Below are positions 23,642 to 36,379 of a stretch of 64,000 nucleotides of DNA, piece by piece. Origin of the DNA: Camelus dromedarius (Eukaryota); assembly GCF_036321535.1 (NCBI RefSeq), contig NC_087438.1, positions 1,490,001-1,554,000 of the forward strand, read 5' to 3'. The notes beneath the pieces were generated by a model, which was not told where the DNA came from, ran no database searches, and was given only the letters and a program-made list of their open reading frames with translations. Positions within the stretch are counted from its first letter, which is position 1. Each line of letters opens with the position of its first letter. A program made the position numbers and the translations under genes.

Positions 23642-25550
23642 TAAATGCTATCATTTCCCCCTACTCACACCCACCTAGGGCTCCAGTGCCTGCATGTTGT
23701 TCCGACGAAGTTCCTGATGCTCTGGACTTACACTCTCTCCCTTTATAATATTCCATGCCTGCTTTCCCGTTCTATAATCAAATCACTTTTTTAAAAAACG
23801 TAAACCTAATTTCCAATATTTCTATCCTTATTTTTCAAGGGAAAGTTATTTCAACACATTGATAATTTTTGGGGGGCAGCATGGCTATTTCTTAAAATTA
23901 CTTTTTCTTTAAGGCCTCAAGTTATAAAAAAGAGAGGAAAGTAGTGTTTGAGTCACATAAATTAATTGGCTATGTTCAGTCTCATATTAACATTAAGCAA
24001 AAATCAATCAATCAGAAAATTGAGATGTTTTCAGAAATACAAAATTTTAATTAGGGTTATTAATTGTACTCATATTTGCCTTATCACTCATTTTGTGATA
24101 ATGTCTTCAGCTTATACAGTATCACAAGTCTTCCAGCTTGCAAAAATAAGCAACTGCAGCTGGTGGCAGCTTTCTAATTGAAAAGTCAACTTTTCTAATT
24201 GCAAAGTCAAGTAGTGTTCCAGCTGAACCAATATAGTAACTTAAGCAGAAAAAGATATTGCTGTTTTGAAGTGAAATCACTGAGGATATGTAATCGCACC
24301 AAACCACATCCTGCGTTTTCTAAGCGTGAGATGGAAGGGAGCCTGAATCTTCATTCTTCCATATAAAGTACTTATGAACAGCTTAACTAGTATCCTTGCT
24401 TTAACACCTCACGTACCTCATCATTGACTTTGGTGGGGTATCTATGCAAAGTTTCAAAGCAACCACAAGTTATGCTTGTTTATTTCTTAAACTTTCCATC
24501 TCTTCCCTGGCCTGATGCTCAGGACTAAGCATTATAATATTGTCACCCTGAGTTCTCCAATTAAGTTATTCAGCTTTTTAAAGTTCAGATAAAAGTTACT
24601 AAAAATTCCAAAATGTAATAAATATATGCTCTACCCCATGGGATATGTTGTATGCTAATTTGTTTTTGCACCATTATTATGAATGCCGGGATTGCACGTG
24701 CTGTTACACCAGCAGATGTCACAGGCTTTGTTCCTAAACAAGCACACAGAGCCGCGGCATTCCTCATCACACAGCCACGTCTGGGTGCGTGCACAGACTG
24801 GAGGAAGGGCCGTACTCCAAAAGTGCCTGGTGACCATAGCGACTTGTCACATGTCAGGGGCCCCTGTGGTTCCATCTGGCTTGCAATGCATTGGCTTTGT
24901 ATTATTTTAAATGTAAAGTTTAAAAACATTCTTATGCTGGAATCAGGATCAAACATTTGTGGAACCAGAGAACCCTGCGTTTTCTCAGAACTCCAGAGCA
25001 GAGACATTGATTGATGAAAATGAGTTAACGTATCACCCCTCCTGGGATATTTGAATGTTAGTTGAATTACTCTCTAATATGCGATTACAGGCACTGTGGA
25101 CAAGTAATACAAGATCATGAGGCAGGCTGACCTTCTGTCCTTCTCCAATTGTGTTTCAGCAAAACAATCTCATCTGTCACATTAAATTTATACTGCAGTT
25201 GGAATAACATTGGATTTGAAATTTTGTTCAAATTTAATTTAAACTATTTTAGTTTTATAGTCATAAGGCTGATGTAAGCATAAGACACTTATACTCTCCT
25301 TTTAATTTATACATATTTAAGAAACATTTGACAAAAGTCAAATTAAAGTGAAGTGTGGGAATCTGCAAGAATTTTGAAGGGGGTTTAAGAATTACTCAGG
25401 TTTGAGAAACATTGCTAACAGATTCTAGGTCACAATTCAAAGCATTATTATTTTTAATCCTGCAATTGATAAAGAAAAAATTGAAGATAAGTATTGGAAC
25501 TAATGAAAGTATATTAAATCAAAAAAAGTCTGCATAATTAAAATTATACA

Positions 25551-28500
25551 CAATATTTATACCAGACAAAATAGATTTTAAAACAAATTGTTACAAGAGA
25601 CAAAGAAACACATTACAAAATGATAAAAGTATCAATCCAAGAAAAATATGTAATAACTGTATATATGCACCCAACAAACTACATAAAGCAAATATTAACA
25701 CACATCAAGGTAGAAACTGACAGTGATACAATAATAGTCGGGGACTTTAACGCCCCCACTTACATCAAGGAACAGATCATCCAGAGAGAAAATCAACAAG
25801 AAAACACTAGCCTCAAATTACACATTAGATTAGATGGACTTACCAGATATATATATAAAACATCTCATTCAATAGCAGCAAAATACACTTCTTTTTTCAA
25901 GTGCACATGGAACGTTAACCAGGATAGATCACATGCTAGGCCACAAAACAAGTCTCCATAAATTTTAAAAGACTGAAATTGTATCAAGCATCATTTCCAA
26001 CCACAACAATATGAGACTAGAAATAAACTAAAAAGGGACAAAATGTAAACACAAACACATGGGGTCTAAACAGTATATTGCTAAACAACCACTGGGTCAC
26101 AGAAGAAATCAGAGGAAATCAAAAAGTATCTAGGGACAAATAAAAATGGAAACACAGCAATACAAAATCTACTGGATGCAGCAAAAGCACTCCTATGAGG
26201 GACGTTTACAGTGACGCGAGCTCACCTCAGGAAACCAACAAAAACATTCTCAAAGAAACAATCTAACCTTACACCTAAAGGAACGAGAAGAAACAAAACA
26301 AAACAAAAAACAAACTTAGTAGAGGGAAGGAAATAATAAAGACTAAAGTGAAAATACATAAAATACAGACTAAAAAATGATCAATAAAACCATGAGCTGA
26401 TCCTTTGAAAAAATAAACAAAATTGTAAACTTTCACCAGACTTATCAAGAAAGAAAGAAAGAGGGTCCACCAAAATAAAATCAATAATGAAGGACAAGCT
26501 GTTACAACCAACATCACAGAAATAAAAAGGACCGTAAGTACTGCTACGAACAATTGCACACTGATAAAATAGACAACTCAGAATAAATAAATACATTCCT
26601 GGAAATATATAATCTCCCAAGTATGAATCAGAAAGAAACAGAAAATATAAACAGACTGATTTCCAGTAATAAAATTTAATCAGTGGAAAAACAAACAAGC
26701 AAACAAAAAAATCTCCCAATAAACAAAAGTGTTCAAGACCAGATGGCTTCACAGGTTTATTTTATCAAATGATCTATCTTTCTCAGACTATAAAAATCTG
26801 AAGAGAAAGGAATGCTTCCTAATTCATTCTACAGGCCACCCATCATCATCCTGATACAAAAATCAAAGAAAATCACCACAAAAGCAAAAAAGAAAGAAAG
26901 AAAGAAAATTTCAGGCCAGTATCACAGATAAACATAGGTGCAAAAATTCACAACAAAATATTAGCAAACCAAATTCAACAATACAGTGAAAGGATCATAC
27001 TCTGTGATCAAGTGTGATTTATCCCAGGGATCCAAAGATGGTTCAATATCTGCAAATCAGTCAATGTGAGACACTACATGAACAAATTGAAGAATAAAAA
27101 TCATACGATCATCTTAATAGATGCAGAAAAAGCTTTTGACAAAATTTGACAGCCATTTATGATAAAAACTCTAAACAAAGTGGGTATAGAGGGAACATAC
27201 CTCAACAGAATTAACACCATATATAACAAACCTACAACCAACATCATTGAACAGTGAAAAGTGGAAAGCATTTTCTTTAAAATCAATAATAAGACAAGGA
27301 TACCCACTCTTGCCACTTATATTCAATATAGTATTGGAAGCCCTAGCCACATCAATCAGACAAGAAAGATAAATCTTAAAAATCCAAATTGGAAAATAAA
27401 TAAAACTTCCCTTGTCTACTAATGACATGATACTATATACAGAAAAATCCTAAAAGCATTAAAAAAAAACTATTAGAATATATGAGTTTAGTAAAGTTGC
27501 ATGATACAAATTAACATACAGAATTCTGTTTCATTTATTTGCACTAATAACAAATTATGAGAAAAGAAAGTTAAGAACACAATCCCACTTATAATCACAT
27601 CAAAGGGAATATAATACCTAAAAGTGAATTTAACCAAGAAGATAAAAGACCTGTACTCTGATAACTATTAGAAACTGATGGAAGAAACTGAAGATGACAC
27701 AAACAAATGGAACGACATACCATGCTCATAGACTGAACAAATTAATAGTTAAAAATGTTTATACTACCAAGGCAATCTACAGATTCAATACAATTTCTAT
27801 CAAAATACCAATGGTGTTTTTCACAGAACTAGTATAAATAATTCTAAAATGTATATGGAAACATAAGACTCCTCAAAATCCAAAACAATCTTGAGAAAGA
27901 AGAACAAAGCTGAAGTCATCACCCTCCCTGACTTCAGACTATGCTACAAAGCTACAGTAATCAAAATAGCATGGTACTGGCACAAAAACAGTCACATAGA
28001 CAAATGGAACAGAGTAGAGAGCCCAGAAATAAACCCACACTTGTATGGTCAGCTAACCTATGACAATGGACACTAGAAAATACAATGAGGAAAAGATGGC
28101 CTCTGGATAAATGGTACTGAGAAAACTGGACAACTACACATAAAATAATAAAATTAGAGCATTTTGTCATACCATATACAAAATTAACTCAAAATGGATT
28201 AAAGACTTACATGTAAGATCTGAAACTATAAGATTCCTCGAAGTAAACATAAGCAGTATGCTCTTTGACATCAATCTTAACCATTGTTTTTAATCTGTCT
28301 CCTCAGAAAAGGGAAACAAAAGCAAAAAAAAGCAAATGGGACTACATTACAATCAATAGGTTTTGCACAATGAAGGAAACTATCAACTGAACAAAAAGGC
28401 AGTCTACAGAATGGGAGATGATATTTGCATAAAATATATCTGATACAGGATTAATATCCAAAATACACAAAGAATTAATACAACTCAACATCAAAAAAAA

Positions 28501-29417
28501 CCCAATTAGAAAATGGGCAGAGGGCCTGAATAGACATTTTTTCAAAGAAGTCATACAGATGGCCAACAGGCCCATGAAAGGATGCTCAGCATCACTAATC
28601 ATCAAGGAAATACAAATCAGAACCACAATGAGATATCACCTCACACCTGTCAAAACGGCTTTTATCAAACAGACAAGAAATAACAAATGTTGGCAAAGAT
28701 GTGGAGAGAAGGGAACCCTAATGCACTGCTGGTGGGAATGTAGTTTGGTGCAGCCATTATGGAAAACAGGATGAAGATTCCTCAGGAAACTAAAAATAGA
28801 ACGAACCACACAATCCAGAAATCACACTCCTGGGTATTTACCTGGAAAAAAAAAGCACAATTCAAAAAAATTTTACACACTGATGCTCACTGAAGCATTA
28901 TTTATAATAGCCAAGATAGGGAAGCAACTTAACTGTCCATCCACAGGTGAATAAAGAAGATGTGATGTATACATATAAAATGGAATATTAGCCATAATAA
29001 AAATGAAATCTTGCCATTTGTAATAAAATGAATGGACCTAGAGGATATTATGCTAAGTGTCATAAGTCAAACGAAGACAAATATTGAAAGACAAATGTAT
29101 TATCTCACTTACAGGTGGAATCTATAAAACAAAACAAAAGCAAACATATAGACCACAAAATGGTGGCTGACAGAGGGGAGGGGTGTGGGATGGGGGTGAA
29201 GTAGGTGAAGGAGATTAAGAGGTACACCTCTCTAGCTATAAAATAAACAAGCCACTGGGATGTAAAAAGTGGTATAAGAAATATAGTTGATAATATTGTA
29301 ATAAATTTGTACTGGGCTTATTGCAGTGAACATTTCACAATGTACGCAAATATCAAATCACTATGTAGTACACCTGAAATTAACATAATATTGTATGTCA
29401 ACCATATTTCAATTTAA
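25551..29417 (+). mobile_element. 5'-truncated L1 (L1MA9-like), most of ORF2 plus 3'UTR, decayed
   Basis: EN motif [35 protein letters not shown]-terminal [15 protein letters not shown]; 3'UTR and short A-tail; 11-bp TSD aaaattataca (25540-25550 / 29418-29428). Confidence 0.95.
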
Positions 29418-30074
29418 AAAATTATACATATTGTCTGATCTCTCAGGGACAATATTAGCAAGCTTGAAAAAGTGACCCCTGCATGGGTCACAGCCATGCC
29501 TCTCACCTTGCTGTGGAGTAAATGGCTGTGAAGAAGAATGAAGAGTCTACATGTTCAGTTCACCAAGGCTGCCTCACAGGGTTTCAGAGGCCAGTGGCCA
29601 GATGAGGGCCTTCTGCAGAGAAATCACATGGCCCAGGTCTCATTTGGACTTAGCCATGCGAAAACTTGACGTTCAGTCTCCATCCCACATCCTTGCTGCC
29701 TATGCAGGACACAGCCTTCTTGCATCTCTGCAATTCCCTCCTCTGGCTCCAGGGACCATGGTCAGTGCTGCCTTGCTGGGCACGCTGTCCAACTCCCAGG
29801 CCTGGCGGGAGTCTGAGGCAACTCCAGGCACCACTCCCTGCGGTGATCCACCCTTTGTTTACTCGCCACTTGTGCTCTGGATGCCATGCTACACTCCAGT
29901 GGAGCCACTGCAGTGGTGGTTAAAGGGTCTAGTCCACATAAGGGCTTCCTGGACCACACTCAGCACAATCATCACTGATCGTGTAACCTGCCTGTAATGC
30001 ATTTTATTCCTCAATAAAGCTGCATTACGAGTCATTCACCCCAGGGTCTGCATGACGGCCCGTGTGCACAAGAG

Positions 30075-30467
30075 CCAGTTCTCCTGTCCTTGCAGACTTG
30101 GAGAGGGAGGACACAGTTCCCCAAACCCTTGGAAGACAGTCATGATCATGTAACCTCTTTGGCCTATAAAATGTGTCTGAAAGTGACCTGGGTCACTTCT
30201 GAGAGAAGCGTTTCATAGCCTGTGCTCTATATTCCTTTCTGCTCTGCCCCTGCTCTTCCCATTTTGTAGAGGGGTATCTGAACAGAAAGATGCCCAAAGA
30301 CCAAACAGCCTGGAGCTGGGCCAGACATGGAAGGAGCTGTCCTGGGAGGCCCTGCAGACCCACAAGAAACACTGCATCAGCGGGAAGAAAGTACCAGCTG
30401 TGCAAACCTCTGATGATTGGGAGACGTTTGTCACAGCAGCACAGCCTAGCTGACCCTGACTGATACA
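30075..30467 (+). mobile_element. Old MaLR LTR (MLT1J/K-like)
   Basis: catgtaacctctttggcctataaaatgtg...gtcacttctg and 3' end tttgtcacagcagcacagcctagc...ctgactgataca. Confidence 0.75.
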
Positions 30468-31199
30468 CCGCCATACAGGATTTGGTGAGTACTAAAAGAG
30501 GTCATATATATAAGGCTGGGTGGCAGTGCCTCACACACGATTAGTGCCTCATGGATGCTGAACCCCGGCCGTCTTGTTCTGGGATATGAACTTTCCTTTG
30601 TCAGACGGCCACCTCCTAGGCTGGCTATCATGTTTGCTTGCATAGTCTGATTATCCAGTAGAGCATCTGGTGTGTAGTTGGTGGTTGATAAATGTATGTT
30701 GATCAAAGTTAGGAAAACAGCCATGTAAGTTTCTTTGACATAATTGGATAACAGGAATTCAAACTATATATGGAAGAAATTAAACCCTGTTTGAATGATG
30801 ATGCTAAAGTAACAGTGATTTCGGCAAAAATTCCTAGTTGAAAATCAAATATTCTCTACACTGAATATCCTAGTGCCCTGACACTTCCCAGCTCATATTA
30901 ACAGAATCAAGGTGGCAAAGCTCCATTTAAATAAGGTGGAGACACCGCAGCTGAAAACCCCGGAAGGAGGTCTCTGGCACCTCTGATTTTCACGGGGGCC
31001 AACAAACATGAGTGAATGACCCGCTTCAAATCAGTGGAAGCGCTGTCTGGTGAGTAACCTGGAGGTGTGCGCCGCCCAGCAGGTGGGCTCCTAAACAGAG
31101 GGGTTAATAGCTGCTCATTTTGTGCGCAGCCTTTTCATCTATGCCTCACTTCAGCTGGGGACCAGGTAGATTCCGGAAGACTAATGAGGTGTGTATCCC

Positions 31200-31440
31200 C
31201 AGCCGACGCCGCGTGGCACCGGAGCTTGCCCGGGACGCTGGAATGCTGGCTTCGTGACGTCGCTTTCAGCCAATCAGAGAGCAGGAGGGCAGGAGGAGGC
31301 ATTTCATGGACGCAGGTGCGCGCGGGCTCAGGTGGCGGGTCCCGCCGCTCCCCCCCCCCCTCACCTCCAGGTCGGAGCGTTTCTGTGGGGCTCCAGCTGT
31401 GCTCAGCCTGCTGGCTGTGAATGCGGGAAAGCGGGGTGAG
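31200..31440 (+). promoter_or_regulatory. Candidate promoter / first exon
   Basis: CRE-like TGACGTCG (31255-31262) beside a consensus NF-Y box AGCCAATCAG (31268-31277), CpG-rich, followed by donor-like GGG|GTGAGC at 31435/31436. Confidence 0.5.
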
Positions 31441-32005
31441 CAGCGAGCGGTGTTCCCGGCCCTCCAAAAGCACAGCCACGGCTTCCTTTAAGATGAAAAA
31501 TGATGACGGAGAAGACAGGCTGCAAAGTGAGAGTTTGCCAAATTAGCCTCTGGCTTTCTATTGACAATATTCAAATAAATGAATTATAAGGCGTTTATAA
31601 AACCTTCAGAAATGGCTCTATTTCCAAGTCTTCTTTTACAGTCTCAGATGTGTCACGGTCACTGTGGTATTAAATCCTCTGTATCACAGTGACAGAGAAA
31701 AATGTGTAACTGTTACAATGCAAATCACTGGATGGGCAGCGAGGGCTGTCGAGAGTGAGCGTTTCATGAAAGTGCGCAGACCCAGCCCTTCGGGGCATTT
31801 CTCTTTCAGTTATCTAATCGGCTGCAGTTTATTTACGCTAGGAAAGGGCTAAGGAGACTGCCTTGAAATGTTGTCCAAAAGAAAGGGTTTTATATGCGTT
31901 TATTTAGAAATAAGTTCAGAAATACCTATTTAGCCACAATCACACCTACACCTACGTACTTAGGTTCACCCATCGGAGCCGGGGGCCCCTTTTTTCTTGT
32001 TTTAG

Positions 32006-32130
32006 CCCTTTTGGTGAGAGACTAACTTGTTCAAGGAGCAAAGAAGGCTCTGAATTGGGAGAATAATAAAAAACGGGAAGTGAAACACTTGCGATTTTAA
32101 AATACCCATGAATAAACGCAGATCACTCAG
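32006..32130 (+). other. Candidate spliced exon (125 nt) of an unidentified transcript (lncRNA or 5'UTR exon)
   Basis: Acceptor cccctttttttcttgttttag-type pyrimidine tract ending in AG at 32004-32005; perfect donor CAG|GTAAGT at 32130/32131; ATG at 32108 would give MNKRRSL. Confidence 0.45.
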
Positions 32131-34644
32131 GTAAGTTACTCTCAGAAGGAAAAACCTCATTCACGTTTGTCTTTAGAACCCGCCTCACATCTCAACTATG
32201 TTAACGCGAGTTTGGGAAGAAGACTGGGAAAGCCTCATTGCCCCAATCCCACGTCACTCTCCCCTTTTAACTGGTGTCGCCTGCTTTGTGGGTACTTCAT
32301 CCAACAGTGCAGACATTTTAAAGGTAAGGTGAGCACTTTCTAACAATGACCAGCGAGAAATGAAATTCACGAGGTCCTGGGTCGTGTGTTGGTGATTATT
32401 CGTGCCTCATCCCGTGATCTGAGGTCTTGGGCAGCAGGGCGGCCAGCCCTGAGTGGTGCGGGCTGCTCATTGCTCCGACCACAGCAGAGCTGGTGCGGGG
32501 GCCGGGGCAGCGGGGACCAGCGCCCGCCGGAGTCCCGTGACGCAGGCTCAGATCCCGCCGTGACCCGCAGCTGGGACGTGCAGGACATGCAGTGCCTCGT
32601 GGGCAGCACCCACGGTTCGTGTTGATTTCCATTGCCCAAGCTGAGTATATTGGACTAGCTTTGGAGTCTGCAAGGTCTCTACCAAGGTACTGAAGGGGAG
32701 AAAAGAAAGTGTATTTGGAAAGCATGGGGTGGTGAGTCAGGGCTGAACGTGTTTCAAGCCCTGAGAAACTTCGCATAATTACGTTTTACACGTCAGGTTT
32801 CCGAGGGCAATAGCAGTGAGCTCTACGTCTGGTGAAGATGACTGCAGCCTGGACGTGACGGGCACCTTCCCCGCCCTGCGCTGCAGCGGCCGCGTGCGCT
32901 AACGGTCATTGACTATTTCTGAGAAAAATTAAGAATTTTATGGGTGGAGAGTTCAAATACTACGGTGCTTGCCTGCAGGTCCCCAGTGCCCGTCGTGTGG
33001 CCGGCGGCACACAGACGAGGTTTGATCAAGAGCCAGTCCCCACGTGACTGGCTTAAATCATGCATCATACATCTCGGGAACTTTCAAAAGATGGTGTCTT
33101 TCTTCCTTCTGAGTGGTAAGTTCTGGATAATAACGATTAGTCCAAATAACCCAGACCATGAAAGAAGTGAGACTCTTCCCGGGCACATGTCCTGGCGGCT
33201 GCCCCAAAGTCATTTGAACATTCTTTTGACATTTTCACAGCGTTCCCCGTTTCTATGAGTCTGTTACGCCAGGATTTAGTAGAGGGAAGACCCCTGTCTC
33301 CTAGACTTCCGTGCAGCTAGAGGGGAGCCCGCATGCTGGCATCCAGGACTGCGTGCGAGGAGATGATGGTTCTTCTGGAAAGGGCCATGGGCTCCCTGCA
33401 TCCGGCTCAGGGACCTGGCACTAGAAGAATATTGCCCAGTGGCTGAGCACTGCCCCCAGCTATGCTGTCCTAGGACCTAAGTCTGGTCCTCGCTTGTCCT
33501 GAAGATGCCAGGGCTGACGACAGCCCTTACCAAACCCCCTGCAGCTCCAGCAGGCTGGACTGGGCTCTCTCCTGGGCAGCTGTGTGTTCCGACCACACAA
33601 GGCCTGAGGGCGGTCGGGGTGGTGGGGCCCCTGGGACACACAGCTGGAATTGTGCTTTCAGAAGAGACCTGCCCTGGTTCCTACCTCCCCACTACCATCC
33701 TCCTCTCCCAGAACCTTCTGGAGAGACATGGTGAACTGATACCGTAGTTGACGACAAAGTGCTTTTGGGGACCAATCCGATTCCTGCCTGTGGGCCGAGC
33801 TCAGGCACCTTGGTCCAGGTGATGCCACACGTCAGGCATCCACGCAGGACTTGATGTCTGTTTCACACTTTAATGAAAGAAACCACATAGCTCTGTGTTT
33901 TTTCCTGGTGGAACAGAAAAGTCAACAGGTTTAGTAAATGACTTGCTGAAAAACAGAGTAGTAAATGAAATGAAATAATGAGGAAATAGAGAGATTGGCA
34001 AAATCAACACTAATCATTTTCTACCTGTGATTTGTAGAAAAACTTGAGTTTTCAGTCAGGAAGAGGCTAAGAATGACATGTGAAAAACGTCCACTCTGCC
34101 AACGAGCCGAAAGGTCACAGTGCGTTAGTCAGCATCGCGTGGAGTCAGCATACATCCGTAGATGGGGTCCAGGTTTTCTTTTTTCTTGTAATTCAGTTTA
34201 TTTTGATAAAGTCAAAGGCAGACGACACCCTATGGGTATTTAATAGAGTGAGCAGGTAATTAGAAATGACTTTTTCTTCTGAGTTTTTCTTAAGCACCTC
34301 GATACTGAGAAGCCTGCTGTTTGGTACAATTAAAACACATCCTGGACCCTCAGGCCTTCAACCACCTTGCATCCTGTTCTCATCGCGTTCAGACCTCTGG
34401 GTGCTCAGATGCTGGGGCTCTTCCCCGATGCTGCCTCAGAGCATCCTCCCAGGACGTGGGCCCCTGACTGCCGAGCCCGGCCGCTCCTGCAGCCCCCTCC
34501 CCCGTGGTTCACCAGACCCCTCCTGCCTTCCAGCCCTCGGATGCCTCAGTGTGTCCCCACCTGTCACCTGGGACGAGAACAGAGCGAGCACGGAGCTTCA
34601 AGTACATCTCATCATCAAATCTCACCATCCACATGCCCAGGCTC

Positions 34645-34700
34645 TTTTTTATTATTATTACTGAAGTACAGTCAGTTACAACGGGTCATTTCTGGGGTCC
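34645..34700 (-). mobile_element. Very short L1 3'-terminal fragment
   Basis: Reverse complement matches the 3' end of the young L1 at 23560-23610 (tacagtcagttacaa). Confidence 0.7.
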
Positions 34701-36150
34701 ACCCACGTTTTGCGACACTGTCGTCGCTCTAGCGCATCGCCAAGCCCTCCGTGCCTCCACAGGAGGGGCTCCTCTGTGTTTCCTCCCGTGAACGGTTGTA
34801 TGATCGCTGACCTGGCATAGCCTTTCCCTCCACCCATCGCCTCCTGCGGATGCTTCTGCTTCTGATCAGCGGGGCAGAGGCGGCCCACAGCTGGGAATTT
34901 GCGAGGCCTGGGTTTTTCTCATTCCTTCTCCTTTTCTGAGGGTTCCCATCATGTGAGCGGGCGCCCACCCCCGCCTCACCGCCTCTCACTGCACTCATGG
35001 CGTCGCTGCAGCCGGAGCTCACGTCCCTGTTTCCCCCCAGACTCCGCGTCCCCCGGGCAGCCCAGCCCCCTTGTGCTGTGGCGCTCGTCTGTGAGCCCCT
35101 AGTCCACCCCTTGCCAGCTCTGGGAAGTGACCCCCTCCCTTCTGGAACGGGGCCAGCCTGTCTCCGCCTCTTCTCTCACTGGCCCCCTTTTCTGTAAGCA
35201 AGCCTGGGCCTCGAGGGCCCCGCCCCCGCCCCCTCGTCCACCCAGCACGCAGCCCGGGGCCCGCGCACCTCACTGCTGCTGCTGCTGCCAGACCATTCTC
35301 TCTGCCTCCTGCCTGGAACAGCCTCTTTCAGATCTGCTGAGCTGGGCTAGCCCTGCGGATTTGGGTGACCCACACCCTAGAACTCCCCTCTGTCCCTTCA
35401 GGGGCCTCTCCGCACGCCAGTCCTACACGATTCTCGATGATTCCAGCCCCTGTGCCGACCACACCGTGGTGCTGACGGTCCCACTGGTCAAAGAGGGCCT
35501 CACGCCTGGCGCCTCTGAGCACAGCGCGGCCAGACACCCTCCTCCCCGGCTGAGCTAACCCGTGTCCCCCCACCCCCGACGCCCCAGACCCAGGCTCTGG
35601 AGAGCTGGGTCGCACCTCCCCCGCACGCCTGCACGCCTGCTCACCCTCCCTGCCCTTGGCAGGTGGCCTTGCTTTGCTCAGGGTGGGCCTGTGCTCCAGG
35701 CCGTGTGCACCCCGCCTACCTCTGGGCCGCCACCCCCTCTGCTGGAGTGAGCCCTCCCAGCCCACCTGGGGGCCAGCCTCCACTGCCTCGCTTGTGCTGG
35801 GGCCCCAGAGACCCCGGGGCAGGTGCCAGGGGATGCCTTCCCACCTTTTCAGAGCCAGGACAACTGTGAATTTGAAAAGGACAGTGCTGTCCTAAGCTCA
35901 TGCTCATATTTCCAGCCCAGACTCAGGACCACAGCGTCCAGCCGCGTCTGCACCGCACCTGCTCTCTTTCCTTTCACGCTGACACCAGCGCAAGTGCTCA
36001 CGTTCTTTGTCCTGCACCACGTGCGGAACCATCCTGGGTGGCGATACCAGTCTCACCACCAAAGACAGGGCTGTAAGAAGAGGCCACGGGCTCTGGTTTG
36101 GGTTGCGGTTTGCGGGGGTGTGTGCTGTGCACCTGTGTGCTCTTCAGGGC

Positions 36151-36164
36151 GCTCCCTCTGGTGG
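36151..36164 (-). promoter_or_regulatory. Possible CTCF site
   Basis: CCACCAGAGGGAGC on the minus strand, 13/14 to CCASYAGRKGGCRS; motif only. Confidence 0.3.
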
Positions 36165-36379
36165 TGTAGACTCAGGTCACCTTTCCACACTCACTGGGAA
36201 GGGTGGCCTGTCACAGGTGTGGGCATCTCCCCTCTTCATCCCCCTCTGCTCAGGTGCTGGCTGACTCACTCTCCGAACCTCACTCTCACCGAGGGCACGG
36301 AGGACCCCAGGTTAGTGAGCCCGGAGCTAACATGGCAGCAGGGGTGACGGTCAGCTTTCTGCCCTGGGGAGACTTTGCT

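Noticed and set aside
29440..30030. Possible old LTR or polyadenylation site (AATAAA flanked by gtaatgca/tgcattac)
   Set aside because: Could not match to any family by eye and no upstream exon supports it
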